Positions 13,000 through 25,622 are shown, counted from the first letter of the stretch. The stretch: DNA of 64,000 bases from Camelus dromedarius (GCF_036321535.1 NC_087437.1:47618001-47682000), one strand, 5' to 3'. A program made the numbers and translations. Notes: generated from the sequence alone by a model not told the origin.

Positions 13000-13940
13000 A
13001 GACATGGACTTGGCATTTTACTTTTTCTTCCATTTTCAGCCTACCTATGCCATTGAATTTGAAGTGAGTTACTGTAAGCATCTATTGTTGGATCAAAAAA
13101 TGTTTAATCAACACTGCCAGTCTCTGACTTTAAATGATGTATTTAGATCACTTACATTTAAAGTAATTATTGATATGTTAGGGCTTACGTAGGTCACTTT
13201 ATTATTTGTTTTCTGTTTGTTTCCTCTGTTTCTCAATCCTATGCTTCTCTTTTCTCACCTCTCTGTAGATTAGGTGGACACTTAGGATTCCATCTTGATT
13301 TATTTGAAATCTTTTTTAGTATAATGCATTGAGTCTTCTGAGTGTTTGCTCTACTTATTAGAACATATATATGCAATTTACCATAGGCTATTGGTATGAA
13401 TGTTTTATCACTTCAAGGAAAATGTAGAAGCCTTACTTTATTTAGGTGCCTTTACTCTTTCCACTTTTTAAACCCAATAATCTTATGTATTTCCTCTACA
13501 TACAATGAGTACCAAATTATATGTTATAATTTTTGCTTCAACAATCAAGTACGATGTAGAAAACTCAGGAAAAGGTTAAAACATACACACACAGCTTGAG
13601 ATATGTGACTTCATATTTGCACTGGTGTGTTTTAAGTATAAATTTCTAGAAGTGGGATTTACCAATTGAATGGTAAATTTATCTGTAATTTTGCTAGTAT
13701 TGCCAAAACCTTCCCCAGTGGTCATACCATTTTGCATTCATGAAATCGCTTGTTTGCCTGCAAATTCTCCAAAAGAGCTTGCTGTCAAATTTTGGGATTT
13801 ATGCCAATCAGAAAGAAATGACAGCTCAGGGTAGATTTCATTTGTATTTATATTAATATGAATTAATTTGAGCATTTAAATTTCATATGTTTAAGGGCCA
13901 CCTCTATTTCTTTCTCAGTGAAAATGTTTCATCTCCATTT
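13000..13940 (-). mobile_element. Old LINE-1 fragments (L1MC/MD/ME-like)
   Basis: TTTACATTTAAAGTAATTATTGATATG-like and CTAGAAGTGGGATT motifs of antisense old L1. Confidence 0.6.
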
Positions 13941-16900
13941 TTAAAAGGAGCTTTCCTCATGTCTCCTCACAACTACCTGTGCCTACATCTCTTTGGCCAG
14001 ACCTGAGTCTTAATACCACCTCTATCTTAAAGGGAGGTTGGAAAGCACAGCTTTTAAGTTAGACACATTTCAGTCTTAAGTCAAAGTTTCATTCACAAGG
14101 AAAAAAGTAAGATATACATAGATCAAGAACTGGAAGTCTCAGTCTCAATGATTTCTTGATTTTTGTTTAATCTTTATTTTTCAGAGGTCCTTACAGAGAG
14201 AAAGATAAAGCAGCCAAAGAAGCAAGAAGTGTTAATGGTGATAAGCTTGGAAACTGTGACTGAAATAATTTAATTGTACTCAATAATGTTTTGTTTCTAC
14301 TTGGAAAATGAGATCTCTGGATCTGTTTAATATTATAGAGCCAAATAAATTAACAAAAACAGAGTAATTTCTCTCCCCTACCCCATAAGCCTGGTTATTT
14401 TGTTTTGTAACTAACTCTGCCTTCTTTTTATAAGCTGGCAAAGACTAAGGGATGCAAAATTCCTTAAAGTGTAAATCTTTGGAGTTCTGTTTGTAACAAA
14501 ATTTAGAACATTTGAAATTAAAAAAGCATAAATTCATCTTCTACAGTCACTGACATGAAAAAAGTGGGAAGAGGTTTTTTCCCAGCTTAATTGCAACTAA
14601 AGAAACATGACAAGTAGGTTTGATTACGGACCTTGCTTGGATCATATTTTTTAAACAAACCAGTTGAAAAAAAGACACGTGTGAGATAGAAATTAATGTC
14701 TTTGATGATATCAAGGAATTAATGTTCTTTCTGTTAGGTGTGAAAATGAAATGTGTCTATGTAAGAAAATCTCCATATTTTATAGAGAATTGTGTAAGAC
14801 TGAAATGACCTGAGATTCTTCTCAAAATGCTTGAAAGAGAGAGAAAAAGAAGAAAGGAAATAAGGAGGGAAGGCAGAAGAGCAAAAGGAAAAAAAGAAAA
14901 GATAAAGCAAGTATGGTTTGGTAACTACTGAAAATGGGATGATGAGCATATGAGGGTACGTTTATTATTCTCTGTTCTTATATATGTTTGGAAAGTTGAT
15001 AAAAAGTCATGAAAAATATCCAAAAGGCATGCGGATTAAACATGGAAATAATAAATTTAGTGAGATTATTGTCCAAATAAACTACCAAGCCTCATCATTT
15101 TTATGAGCAAAGCAATGATACATAATCCACTTAAAAATTCTTAAAGGGATTTTACATCTGTGAAAGGCAGAACAATCGTGACCTACATTCATTTTGATGT
15201 TCCTCCTTAAATCTTTTTTTCTTTTCTTAATGGCTCCAAAGTACCTAAAACTCTTGTAGCTTTAAGGGTAACTAAGTTAATCTTGTTTTGGTGTCACCCT
15301 CACCCACCAATTTTCCTACTTCAAAACAGATTTTACATTTCAAACATACTTTGGAGGAAAATTGAAAATGAGAGGAATGCCTACGAAGTAAATCTTGGCT
15401 CTTAAACATACTTTGAACACACAAAATGGACTAAACCTTATACAAATGTTTACACTGCAGTGATGATTTCATGTATCCTTTCCTTTTATGCTTCATTCAT
15501 ACAATAAATACTAGGTGATCACTCTATCAGCATTGTGCTAGGGTAGCTTTAGAGGTTAGCAATCAACAACATAGACTCATTCTTGCCTTCACAAAGCACA
15601 CAGTCTACTGCAGAAGACACCAGAGAGTCCCAGTCCACTCCCTCCAGGAGGTGGTGTTTTATTGTAATTACGATCACTTTAAATAATTATGCTTTCCGGT
15701 TTTTGACTCCCATTGCTAGCAGGAAAAGCAGTTTAGGCTAGTCAAAGTTTGGAATAGGTAAACTCTGGAATTTCTTGATCATCAGAAACAGCTCCCATGG
15801 TTACCATTTAGTATGTGGCACCACTTGGTGTAAGACATGAGAACTGCTACATGAAAATACTTTAAGAAAATTACAGTTCTAACAGATTTACATGGATTTT
15901 CAGTGTGGCCTGTTAAGACCACTATAGAAGTAATTGAAAATATATTCTTGTATTGTCCCTCCATAGTGGCTACCACAGTTAGCTTGTAAATAGTAGGCTT
16001 TCATAAATGCTTGTTAAATGAATGAATAATTGAATTTAAACGCCAAAGGCACACTAACAAAATATAGATTTTAACAGATTCTGTCCTTTATTTTAGACTC
16101 ACATCTTGGATGAATGAATGTATAAATTTAGCCCTTGCATCAGTCAGTGATGAAAAGTGATTCTTTAATAACAAATAGTCCCAAAAGCTTATCAACTTAA
16201 CACAACAAGTGTTTCTTGCTCATGTTTTGTCTGCTTTGTGCCCTGACAGCTCTCCAGACAGAGGAAGGGAAAGTGAGAGAAGCAAGCACTGGAAATAAAT
16301 TGCCTCCGCCTAGAAGTAAAACATAGTTCTTCCACTGACATTTTGATGGCCAAAGCAAGTCATATGGCTCTTCCTAGCTACCAATGGAACAGGGAGTAAA
16401 ATCGCCTGTATGCCTGAGAGTAGCAAGCACCAGAAGCTGGATATCGTTGAATAGCATTAATGCCAACCAAAGACCTAAACTATCAATGAGTTTTCTTCCA
16501 AGGGATATCAGATATATCCATTCACTGGAGAAATGCTTCTTTTCATCATCAATAAATCTCAATCTCCCTCAACAGGGTTTTTAGCCTTTGGATCTTCACA
16601 GGTATGAGTTTCTGAGTTCAAATCTATCAAATGGATACAACACTTGACCTTCATTCCCAGGTGCTAGAAATAAAGTCAGTACTCTAGAAAATGAAAAGGG
16701 CCACACAAACACTGTAGAAGGTATCATTAATATTCTAACAAAAAGGTCTAGTCTGATATTACATTCATTGATTCATTCCGTTACAGAAAAAATACAGACT
16801 GATAGCAATTGGAAATTGAACACTCAGTGAAAAAGTTCTATAGCTGAACAGGGAACTCGACCTAATACCAAGTCAAGGTTGACCCCGCAGAGGTTACGTT

Positions 16901-17239
16901 CAGAGAAGGAGAAATAGGGTAAGTCTTTTGAAGCCAAAAGACATCTCTGTTCCATTATAAGGAAGCAAAGTATCTGAGTGGGTTGACTGGCTGGCCAGAT
17001 CTGAGCTTGCTGGTTTCAAAAGCACTAGGCTGGCTGTTTGGAAGACCTCTGCTGTGTAGGTGGCTCAGAATTATGGAATCCAGATGTCTCAGCTGGGGAT
17101 ATGAGGTCCCTGATGTAAGACTACAGCATGCAGCTGCCTCATGTCTGAATCAGGACTATGTCACACAGTTAGGTCTACACAAGTGTCATCAGGCTAGGTG
17201 GCCAGGATAGAGTTTATCAATTAATTCAACAAGCTGAAT

Positions 17240-17480
17240 TCCTAGACTCTTTACCTGCCCCATTCTCCCTAGACCAAGCTAGGCACCTGTCATGAGTTCC
17301 CATACACTCTTATTTACTTCGCATTTAGCCATCACATTCCAGTGCTGTTTAATTGCCCATCTTTTCTACTGTAAGGACCAGCAGGGCAAGGACCATGTCC
17401 ATCTTGATCCATGCCATATCCCCAGTACCTAGTACAGTGCTGGACATAAGATAGACATGCAATAAATATTTTATTGAGGA
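17240..17480 (+). mobile_element. LINE-2 3' end
   Basis: CCCAGTACCTAGTACAGTGCTGGACATAAG...CAATAAATATTTT matches the L2 terminus. Confidence 0.75.
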
Positions 17481-18007
17481 TCTATACAAGACACTGTGCG
17501 AAGCAGGGAGATGGACAGAGTGGAATATAATTGAACCAGAATTCAAAGTCTGAGTAGAGAGACAATATGATACACAGGAGTGAATCCAAATTTTGTGAGG
17601 GCATAAGCTTATGAAAACTGGGGGAACCAATTTAAGAAAAGTAACATAAAATTATGAATGCAAAATTAAGTACCTCAGCTTAGAAGAGGTTCATGCAATT
17701 GAGGGGATTTGAAGCTTAAGCTTCATTAGCTCCACAGTAAATGTATTTTGATAAGTGAGCTAATGTACCAAATACTGTAAAATCTCTGAAGAGTATTCAG
17801 AGATCCCTGCTAGGGAAAATCAAAGATTTCATAGAAGAGATAAATTGTGAGTTTCATCTTTCAGACAGAAACAAAGGAAAGAAACTGCAGGTGGAAGACC
17901 ATGTGGAAACACACAGGTGAGAAAGAGCTACAGCCTATTTATTCATGGGACAGTGAGAAGTACTGTACTGTTTGGCTAATGTGGGGTTGGGTGGGGAAAG
18001 CGTTAGG

Positions 18008-18197
18008 CTAGTGGTTCTCAGAGTGTGATCCTGGGGCAGCAGCAGCAGCATCACCTGAGAACTTGTTTGAAGTGCAGCCACTCAGGCTCCAGCTCAGACT
18101 TATCCAATTAGAAATTCTGGGGATAGAACACAGACCTCTATATTTTAACAATCACCTCCTGGTGATTCTGATGCAGTTAAAGTTTGAAAATGAATGC
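18008..18197. mobile_element. MER5A-like hAT DNA element
   Basis: CTAGTGGTTCTCAGAGTGTG...CAGCAGCATCACCTGAGAACTTGTT...GGTGATTCTGATGCA...AAAGTTTGAAAA. Confidence 0.8.
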
Positions 18198-20339
18198 CTT
18201 AGTAAGTTACTTTAGCATCAGATGAAGCTATTTTATTTTCACAAATTTAATGTCAGGCTGTTATATGAGATAAAGAGCAATAAGAAAGAAGTATTATGAC
18301 AGAGAGAGAAAAATACTTCTCATCCTATACTCCAAAATAAATTACAGATCAACTAAAAAGTTACAGTAAAAAAATGCAACCAGATTATTTCAGCATAAGG
18401 CCAACAAAAGAACCTGTAAAGGAAAAGATTAGTCGACTTGATTTCACAACAATTTTAAATGTTTGTGTCATTAACAAAACTAAAAAGCAAACAAAAAACA
18501 AGAAACGTATGTAAAATATTATCCCAAATAAAACGCTTAAAAGCTTACTTTTAAAAAAATTATAAAGAGCCTGCAGAAAAACGGGCAAAGGACAGAAACT
18601 GAAAATTGACAAAAGAAATACAAATGGCCAAGTTCACACACACACAAAAAAAACTTTCGTTTTTTGGCAAATTATGCTCAGAAACTGGCAAATTATGCTC
18701 AGAGACTGGTCTTTGCCAGTAATTCATTTAACACAGGTTCACAGCGGGAATTATAATTTATAATAATACCTTACAAGCCAGTAGAATACAGGATAATGTC
18801 TCTTAATGAGCCAATAAGGAAATAACATATTCCAAACCAAGGATAAGTTAATTATCACTATTGTTCCAGGCAGAAGGGAGGTGAAAGAAATAAAGTCCAA
18901 ATGTAGTTGAGGTGTACCTTTGTTAGGAGTTGGTTCGCAGAGGAGTCATCTTAGCCAACCAAGAGCTGATGTCCAGCTGCCAGCGCAAATCAACAGTCCC
19001 TTGCTGCCAGAGCACCACGCCAGCAGAACGAAGGCACTGGTACGGGCGGGCAAAACGGCTTTCTTCCCAGGACCGCTGCAAGGTTTTCACCGCTGCTGGC
19101 AAAGAGAAGCCTTAAAAATGGTTCCATAGCACCCCCTTGTGGCTTCCACCAAAACAGATTAAGAAACAGCCCAACCAACCGAGAGGAGGGAACGAAAAAA
19201 CCACAAACGTGTCAATTCTCTATTCCGTGCCAGGTACTAACTGTCCTAGGATTAAAAAAGATGCCTCTAAATTCTTTCGTACTTTATTGAGGCCATGCCA
19301 GCAATCGTAAACATTCGTTTTTGGGGGCTGAGAACACAGATAAAAGTTAATGAGGTAAAAATCGAGCCTCACAAACTAGTGTCTCTTTCAACTATGGCTT
19401 TATCTCCTGGGAGATAGTAGTTGAAGGGGTCTATGGCGATTACTATCCGGTTGTTGGTTGGTTAGTATGTGGTAATCAGGAAAAGCAGAGGGGACGAGTG
19501 GATGAAGACACACATTGCTGCCCTATTTGACCGACCGTGGGCACACAATAATCCACATGGGCCTCAGCATCCACTTAACAATTATTTGAACCCGGGTGCT
19601 GAGGCTACAAAAACGAATAAAACCCAGCCTCTAGAACCTCACAATCTCACTTTACTAATCTGTAAATCAGGACTAACAACCTTAACTCATTGTCAAAAAG
19701 ATTAAACATGTGACAACATCGTGCTCACAAGTTTATTTACGCTTACTTAATTCAATCTTCTCTACATTTGTTCCTAGAAACTCAAGGTCGGAACAGGAGT
19801 AAAATCATCTAATCCAATCCAATTCATTCCACTAAGACTTGAGTCAGTGAATCCGGCTAAAGCCTAATAATGACTAGCGACCTTTTAAGAGTTTAACCCT
19901 CCTGCTCTGTGGACAGTTGCCCTTTTCTTCCCAACAGGCTGCCCGCCCCTCTTCGAAATGCCCCAAGCTTTGCCTAACCCGAGCAAGACCCTTCTCGCGC
20001 GTCCCCTGGAGGAGCTGGATGGGGAAAGGCCGGATGGCGCGCGTCGCTTCTCCCACTTCTTCCGGGCGGGAGGGAGGAAGGGCCGGGGGCGGGGGTGGGG
20101 GGAAGTTCCCGCGGCAGCCTCGCAGGGAGCAACTCTAGAGGGTGGAATCACTCGCTCGTTTCGGGAGGGGCGGTCCCCCGCCCGGAAGGGACCTGCCGCG
20201 GCGCGGAGCGGCCTGCAGGGGGCGCGGGCCGTCGGGCCACCCCCGGGGCTGGAGCCGGGTGGTCCCTCCCAGGCCGGGTGTGCGGCGAGGCCACGCGGTC
20301 CGATCCCCTGCCCCCACTCTCACCTCGTCACCTCCCCGC

Positions 20340-20387
20340 CCTCTCGGCGGGCCCTTGAGGTGTGCGGCGCAGGCGCGGAGCGAGGCG
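20340..20387 (+). other. ZNF639: ZNF639 non-coding first exon candidate A (5' end approximate)
   Basis: Consensus donor GCG|GTGAGT at 20387/20388 inside the CpG island. Confidence 0.6.
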
Positions 20388-20539
20388 GTGAGTGCGGCCG
20401 CACGGCCTGGGCCTGGGGCCTGGCGGGCTGGGCGTAGGGCGCGCGGGGAGGGAGTGGGGCCGGCCTCGCGGAGCGCCCTGGAGCGCGAGGGCCAGAGCGG
20501 CGCCGCCCGCCGCCGAGCGCCCGCGGGCAGGGGTGCGCC

Positions 20540-20621
20540 GCCCCTCCGCCCGCGCTCGGGCTCCTGGGCCGCCGCCGCCTCCGAGCTGCGCCTGGGCTGG
20601 GCGGGCGGGCCCCGGGGACTG
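20540..20621 (+). other. ZNF639: ZNF639 non-coding first exon candidate B (5' end approximate)
   Basis: Consensus donor CTG|GTGAGT at 20621/20622. Confidence 0.6.
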
Positions 20622-21824
20622 GTGAGTGCGAGGGCGGAGCAGGCCGGCGGGGCGCTGGACTGCTGCAGGGGCCACGGGCGTGCGGGCGCAGCTTCCTACG
20701 GGAGAGGGCAGGGAAGACCGGATGGCGTCTCTTAAACTGGAGCCCTGCCTGCGTTTTTCTGGCGGGATGGCGCTCCCCTCCCCCATCCCGAAGGCAGTTC
20801 CAACCTCTGCGGAGGACGCCTCCGCCCCCGCTCGCCTCGGCCCCCTGCTGCTCTTTTCCATGCGGTGCCTTTAGAGTACGGCCTTGAGAGTCCCGCTAGT
20901 CGCCGGGCCCGGGTGGGGCCGGTACGTGGTGCGAGGGTGGGGACGACTGGGTCCGGGTGGCTCCTGCGCAGCTCCTTCGGGCATCTGGGCCCCGGACGCC
21001 CGTCTGTGCCACGCTGGCCCTCTGGCCCTCTGGCCCTGCGGGGCGGCATCTTTACCTTCCGGCAGCGCATCCCGTGCCCGCGCCGCGAGCTGCAGCCATC
21101 AGGCGTCGGTCCCGGCTCTTAAGTCCCCAGCCAGTAGCCTAAGTCACTTGTTAGGGTGCATATATACGTAAAACCCCTTTTGGTTTTATTTTTCGGTACC
21201 ACCTAGGGACACGAGTAGTTTGAAGCAGTTCATCTCTTTGCAAAGAGATAAAGAGTTGTACTTAAGCCAAGATTGATTCTAAGTTGGACATATAGTGGGG
21301 TTCTAGTTCAAGTTTTCCTACAGCATCTTTGTTTTATTTATTTTAAAATCTGAAAAATATATACTTGTTTCAAACTACGGGTGGAAAAGAATGTGCTTTT
21401 AAAACTCTAGTATAAAATAGCTTTTTATTGTAAATGCTTGTCTTATGTTTATACCAATTAGGAGGAAAGTATTTACGTTGCGTGAGAGGCCTTTAAAAGG
21501 TTGAAGTATTTAACATGTGCTGACTGCCTGTTATCTGTAGTTTGTCTTGCACGTAGACGTTCTTATTGTTGAAAAGTGACAGGTAGAAAGATACTGACGT
21601 GTTTTGTCTTAAGTTGCCTTTTTAAAAAATGTTTTAGATGGTATGATCTCCTTTTGTAAATGTCAAATATGTATGAGTACTTTAGCTTGAGAATATATCT
21701 AGACGTCCATCTGTACACCAGAATGTTGACAGTGGTTTTCCTGGATGAATGGATTCTAAGTGATTTAATTGATTTACATTTTTTTTCTAATTTTACGGCA
21801 ATGTTATATATTACATCTGTAGAG

Positions 21825-21911
21825 TTTTGTTATGTTTTTGTTTGTTTTAATGGAGGTACTGGGGATTGAGCCCAGGACCTGGTGCATGCCAAGCATACAC
21901 TCTACCACCTG
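21825..21911 (-). mobile_element. Vic-1-like tRNA-derived SINE, 5'-truncated
   Basis: Reverse complement reads CAGGTGGTAGAGTGTATGCTTGGCATGCACCAGGTCCTGGGCTCAATCCCCAGTACCTCCATTAAAACAAAC, homologous to 9001-9121. Confidence 0.88.
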
Positions 21912-22694
21912 TGGTGTGTTTTTTAAGTGAGGAAGGGGGGTTGAATGAAAAGTTGTATATTCAGAATCTGCCCAACAAAAGGAGTAGCGAGCAGATGTTT
22001 TTATGACATCCCTAAGTAAAAATCCAAACTTCCTCATCAGGGTAGTTATACGAACAAAAGGCACACAAAAATATTTGCTGAAATGATGGATGGAAGCATT
22101 TTTAGTCTTGAGTGGGCATTTTACCATCTTGCTTAAAGGAGGTCTGATAAGTGTTTCGATATTCAGCCCTAAGTAGGAGTCAAACATTTCCTGCCATCAG
22201 GGTGATCCTATTCCTTTCACCTGACGGTCTGAATCCAAGCCAGCTTGCAACATTAATTTTAATGCCATGTTTGGTTTCCTTTTCTTGCTCTTTTGAAAGA
22301 ATTTGAAGTGTTTGACATGCTTAGCTGACAGTTTTCGGTGTTCTCTCTGATACATTTAAAATATGAAGTATAAAGCTTTTAACTGTTAATTCTGGAAGTA
22401 TACAAAGGAGGTATTAGTAATAAATCTTGAGATTTTAGTTTATTGCATAAACATGAAAACAGCTTTTCTTTTGATTTTTTTAATGCACTTGATGGGGGTA
22501 GACTCAAGGAGCATTGTGTTGTTAGGTGAGGTTTTATTTATATTGATACCATTTCTGTAACTATCATGGTCATCAGTTTCTTCAGGGAGTTCCCTTCCTC
22601 TCCCAATTGGTGGCTGAATAAGAACTGGAAGCAAGATGTAACTTGCTGGTAGCAGTGATTAGCAATGAAGATTTGCTCACACAGTTAGATGTTC

Positions 22695-22890
22695 CAAACC
22701 CAGGAGTCAGAAGACATGCTTTTTCGCTGCTGGTTCTGCTGCTTAATTGACTTGACTTTTCACTGAGTCTGTTTCCTCATCAGTAAAATTGGGGCCGGTT
22801 CGATGGTAGCCCTTCTATGTGCCCCCACAGGACTGTGTGAAGATCAAATAAAATAAGGGAAATGCAAGAAACTAAACAGCACTACTAAGT
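22695..22890 (+). mobile_element. MIR SINE
   Basis: GGAGTCAGAAGAC...CTGAGTCTGTTTCCTCATCAGTAAAATTGGG core. Confidence 0.7.
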
Positions 22891-23289
22891 AAATGATCAC
22901 ATCACGTGTAGTGCTGATATATGCAGAACTTAGTGAAGCAGCAAATATAATATGTCCACCTCAAGTTCCTTACCAGTAAAAATGAGATGGTCTTAGTAAT
23001 GATGCCAGGTTCTACCTGCTCTGTACATATATATCATCACCTTGGTGATAAGAAAAGCAGCTTATCAAGCTGGTAGAGAAAACCTCACATTTCTTTTTCT
23101 TACTTTCCCACTGCTACGTGGAAAGAACACAAATCTGAAATGGAGGAGGCAGTTCTGATTCTAACACTAATCTATTACTTGAATTGGGGTGATCACTTTA
23201 CCTCCCTATTTGTTTCCAAAACTGAAATAAAGGGATTGAAAGCATAAACTTGAAAGTCATTTCAATTTTTGTTCAAATCCCAACCCTAA

Positions 23290-23455
23290 CACTTATTAAG
23301 TATTCCTCTATTTATGCCTCAGTTTCCTTATCAGTAACAAAGGGTAAATGGTAGGGATTTTGACTGTTGTGGATTTTTGCAAATGATGAGATTAAATGAA
23401 GTATGTACACAGCAAGGTATGTAATTGGTGCTCAGTAAGTGATCATTATTATTTT
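23290..23455 (+). mobile_element. MIR SINE
   Basis: GCCTCAGTTTCCTTATCAGTAA...GAGATTAAATGAAG...GTGCTCAGTAAGTG. Confidence 0.7.
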
Positions 23456-23829
23456 TATTTCTGAATAATCTGTAAGGATTTAAACAGTTTAAGGTCTGTG
23501 ATTTGCTATTGGCTTTCATTATATTGGCTTTCATCATGGCTGAATAAATTAATGCAGACTTAAATTCCTATTCTGATATTAAGATATAGCTATAGCGTTA
23601 GAAGGTAAATTCATTTCAAAGAAATATGACACATATTTACATGTAGTCACATGTTTATCAATAGATACATATTTTAGTACTTTAATACTGTATGTTCAAA
23701 GTAATATTATACTTGAGTTAATTCTGTATAACTTTCCAGTTGATTAAAGATCTGGTACCACTGTATTCTTGAGTCTCAAAAATGAACTACATTTTTGCTT
23801 ATATGACTTCTGTCATGCTTTTTCTACAG

Positions 23830-23901
23830 GCATTTTTTTCCATCTGTGAAAACTTCCTTGTAATTCATTTTTCCTCACTTCGGTATTAAGAATTATACCA
23901 A
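23830..23901 (+). other. ZNF639: ZNF639 probable internal 5'UTR exon (72 nt)
   Basis: Acceptor CTTTTTCTACAG| at 23829 and donor CAA|GTAAGT at 23901/23902; no ATG inside. Confidence 0.7.
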
Positions 23902-24543
23902 GTAAGTGGGATATAGTAAAGCTAATGAGTCACTTTATAACAGTCCATGGGAATGTAATCATTCAATGGCTGCCATACCTGTTTTGTTCTCAGTAGAATG
24001 TTGAATGTGATCTCTTAAGTAAGAAAAGGATTTTTTCTTGAAAATTATATTTTGAACTTCTATAAGATGAGCATTTTATTCTGGAAGCCAGGGAGTCAAT
24101 ACAGATTTGTGACAGTATTTTTTTTAAGGGAATGTGTCTACCTGTAGTGTCAAAACTGTATCAGAATATTCCCAATTATAAGAAATGTACCTGTAAAACT
24201 CTTAATATGGTGCTGTAGGCACAATTAGTCTTTTATAAAAAATAATTTAAGCATAAGATTTACTGTAATTATCCAATTCTCACAATTACATGAACATTTG
24301 AAAAAGAGTTCTTGACCTCAGTAAGAAAGAAAACAGAACTCGGTGTCCTCCCTTTAAACTTGATCAGAAAAATAAATACAAAATACAAGCAAAAGGATTG
24401 TTTAACATGCCTCTTATGGATTTTCGCATGGTACCCATTTCCTATTACCAGTAAATTCTTTGGTTAGAAATTTTTATAACAATATTAACATTTGTTGTTT
24501 GTGATACATGTGTTAAATTTTTCCATTTTTAGATTAAAGAGAT

Positions 24544-24601
24544 ATGAATGAATATCCTAAAAAAAGAAAAAGGAAGACATTACACCCTTCTCGTTATTCA
24601 G
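24544..24601 (+). CDS. ZNF639: Zinc finger protein 639, coding exon 1 (exon begins 24533)
   Basis: Acceptor TTTTTAG| 24532; ATG 24544 MNEYPKKRKRKTLHPSRYS (basic NLS); donor G|GTTAGT; 58 nt, phase 1. Confidence 0.96.
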
Positions 24602-24745
24602 GTTAGTGTATAATTAAATTATTTTAAAAGTTAGGCCATTTATTAATTCCCATGCAGTTGTGTTCCCATCCATTTTCTCATGAATGATCTGATAAGAGTT
24701 AAATATCTGGGTCAATTTTTAGGTAAAAGAAAACTTTTAACTTCT

Positions 24746-24810
24746 TTGTGTGTGTGTATATATATATTTATTTATATATATATGTGTGTGTATATATAAA
24801 ATATATGTAT
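24746..24810. repeat. (TG)n/(TA)n low-complexity repeat
   Basis: Directly visible. Confidence 0.85.
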
Positions 24811-25622
24811 TTATTTTACAGACATTTAATCCTCACAACTCCATGGTTTATAGATACTTAAAATTAGATATCTGAGGTTACATACTTATACAGCATAACT
24901 GAGATTTGCCTATGTGATTCCCAAGCTTGTGTATAAGGCACAACAATAACCTTGGTGGAAGATATTTCACATCATTGGGAGAAAACTTTATCCTATACAT
25001 TATTTTCAGAAATGTGAGCTTTCATTCTGATTGTGTAACTTTAGATCCTTTCTTTGAGGTTGGCTCTGCTTTCTTGGCAAATAAAAGGTCTTTGTGGCCA
25101 TCTGTAATTATTACAGCTCACATACATATACTTGGGACAGTCTCAGGTATACCTGTTAACCAGTCAACCTACACATTTTTCACATATGAGGCAATTGATC
25201 TTGGTTTACTGCTTACTGGCCCTTCCCAGGCAAGACTTGAAATTAAGCCCTAACTGGTCCCCAGACCTTCCCCTGTGTATTCACTTTCTCTGCACTACAT
25301 GGTAGATCTTCTAAGTAGTTAATTCAGTGTTTTTTGGAGTTAACACATTTATCACATATTTATATTTTGTGGGATTCTGACTTAGGCAAATGTATCTTTG
25401 TGCTTCAAAGTGTTATATTTTAAATTGTATAATTTATAGTTCTTTCAAAGCTTGAAGTCAGTATCAGATCTGAAATATAAAAGCCTTCAGAATTGAGGGA
25501 AATATTAATGCTTTATTATAAATACTACGAAAATTTATATATGTTGAATAAACAGATGACTGTCATTAAATGTATGTATGTTTAGTATGCTTGAAATTTT
25601 TTTAATTTTGTTTTATGTTTAG

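Larger units (their letters stand above)
19900..21150. promoter_or_regulatory. ZNF639: CpG-island promoter of ZNF639
   Basis: Very GC- and CpG-rich block with GC boxes, CCAAT near 19814-19823 and YY1-like GATGGCG motifs, upstream of the ZNF639 coding exons. Confidence 0.92.

Noticed and set aside
19874..21171. Many overlapping long ORFs on both strands (up to 197 aa)
   Set aside because: Low-complexity Gly/Arg/Ala/Pro ORFs expected in a stop-poor CpG island; no domain features.
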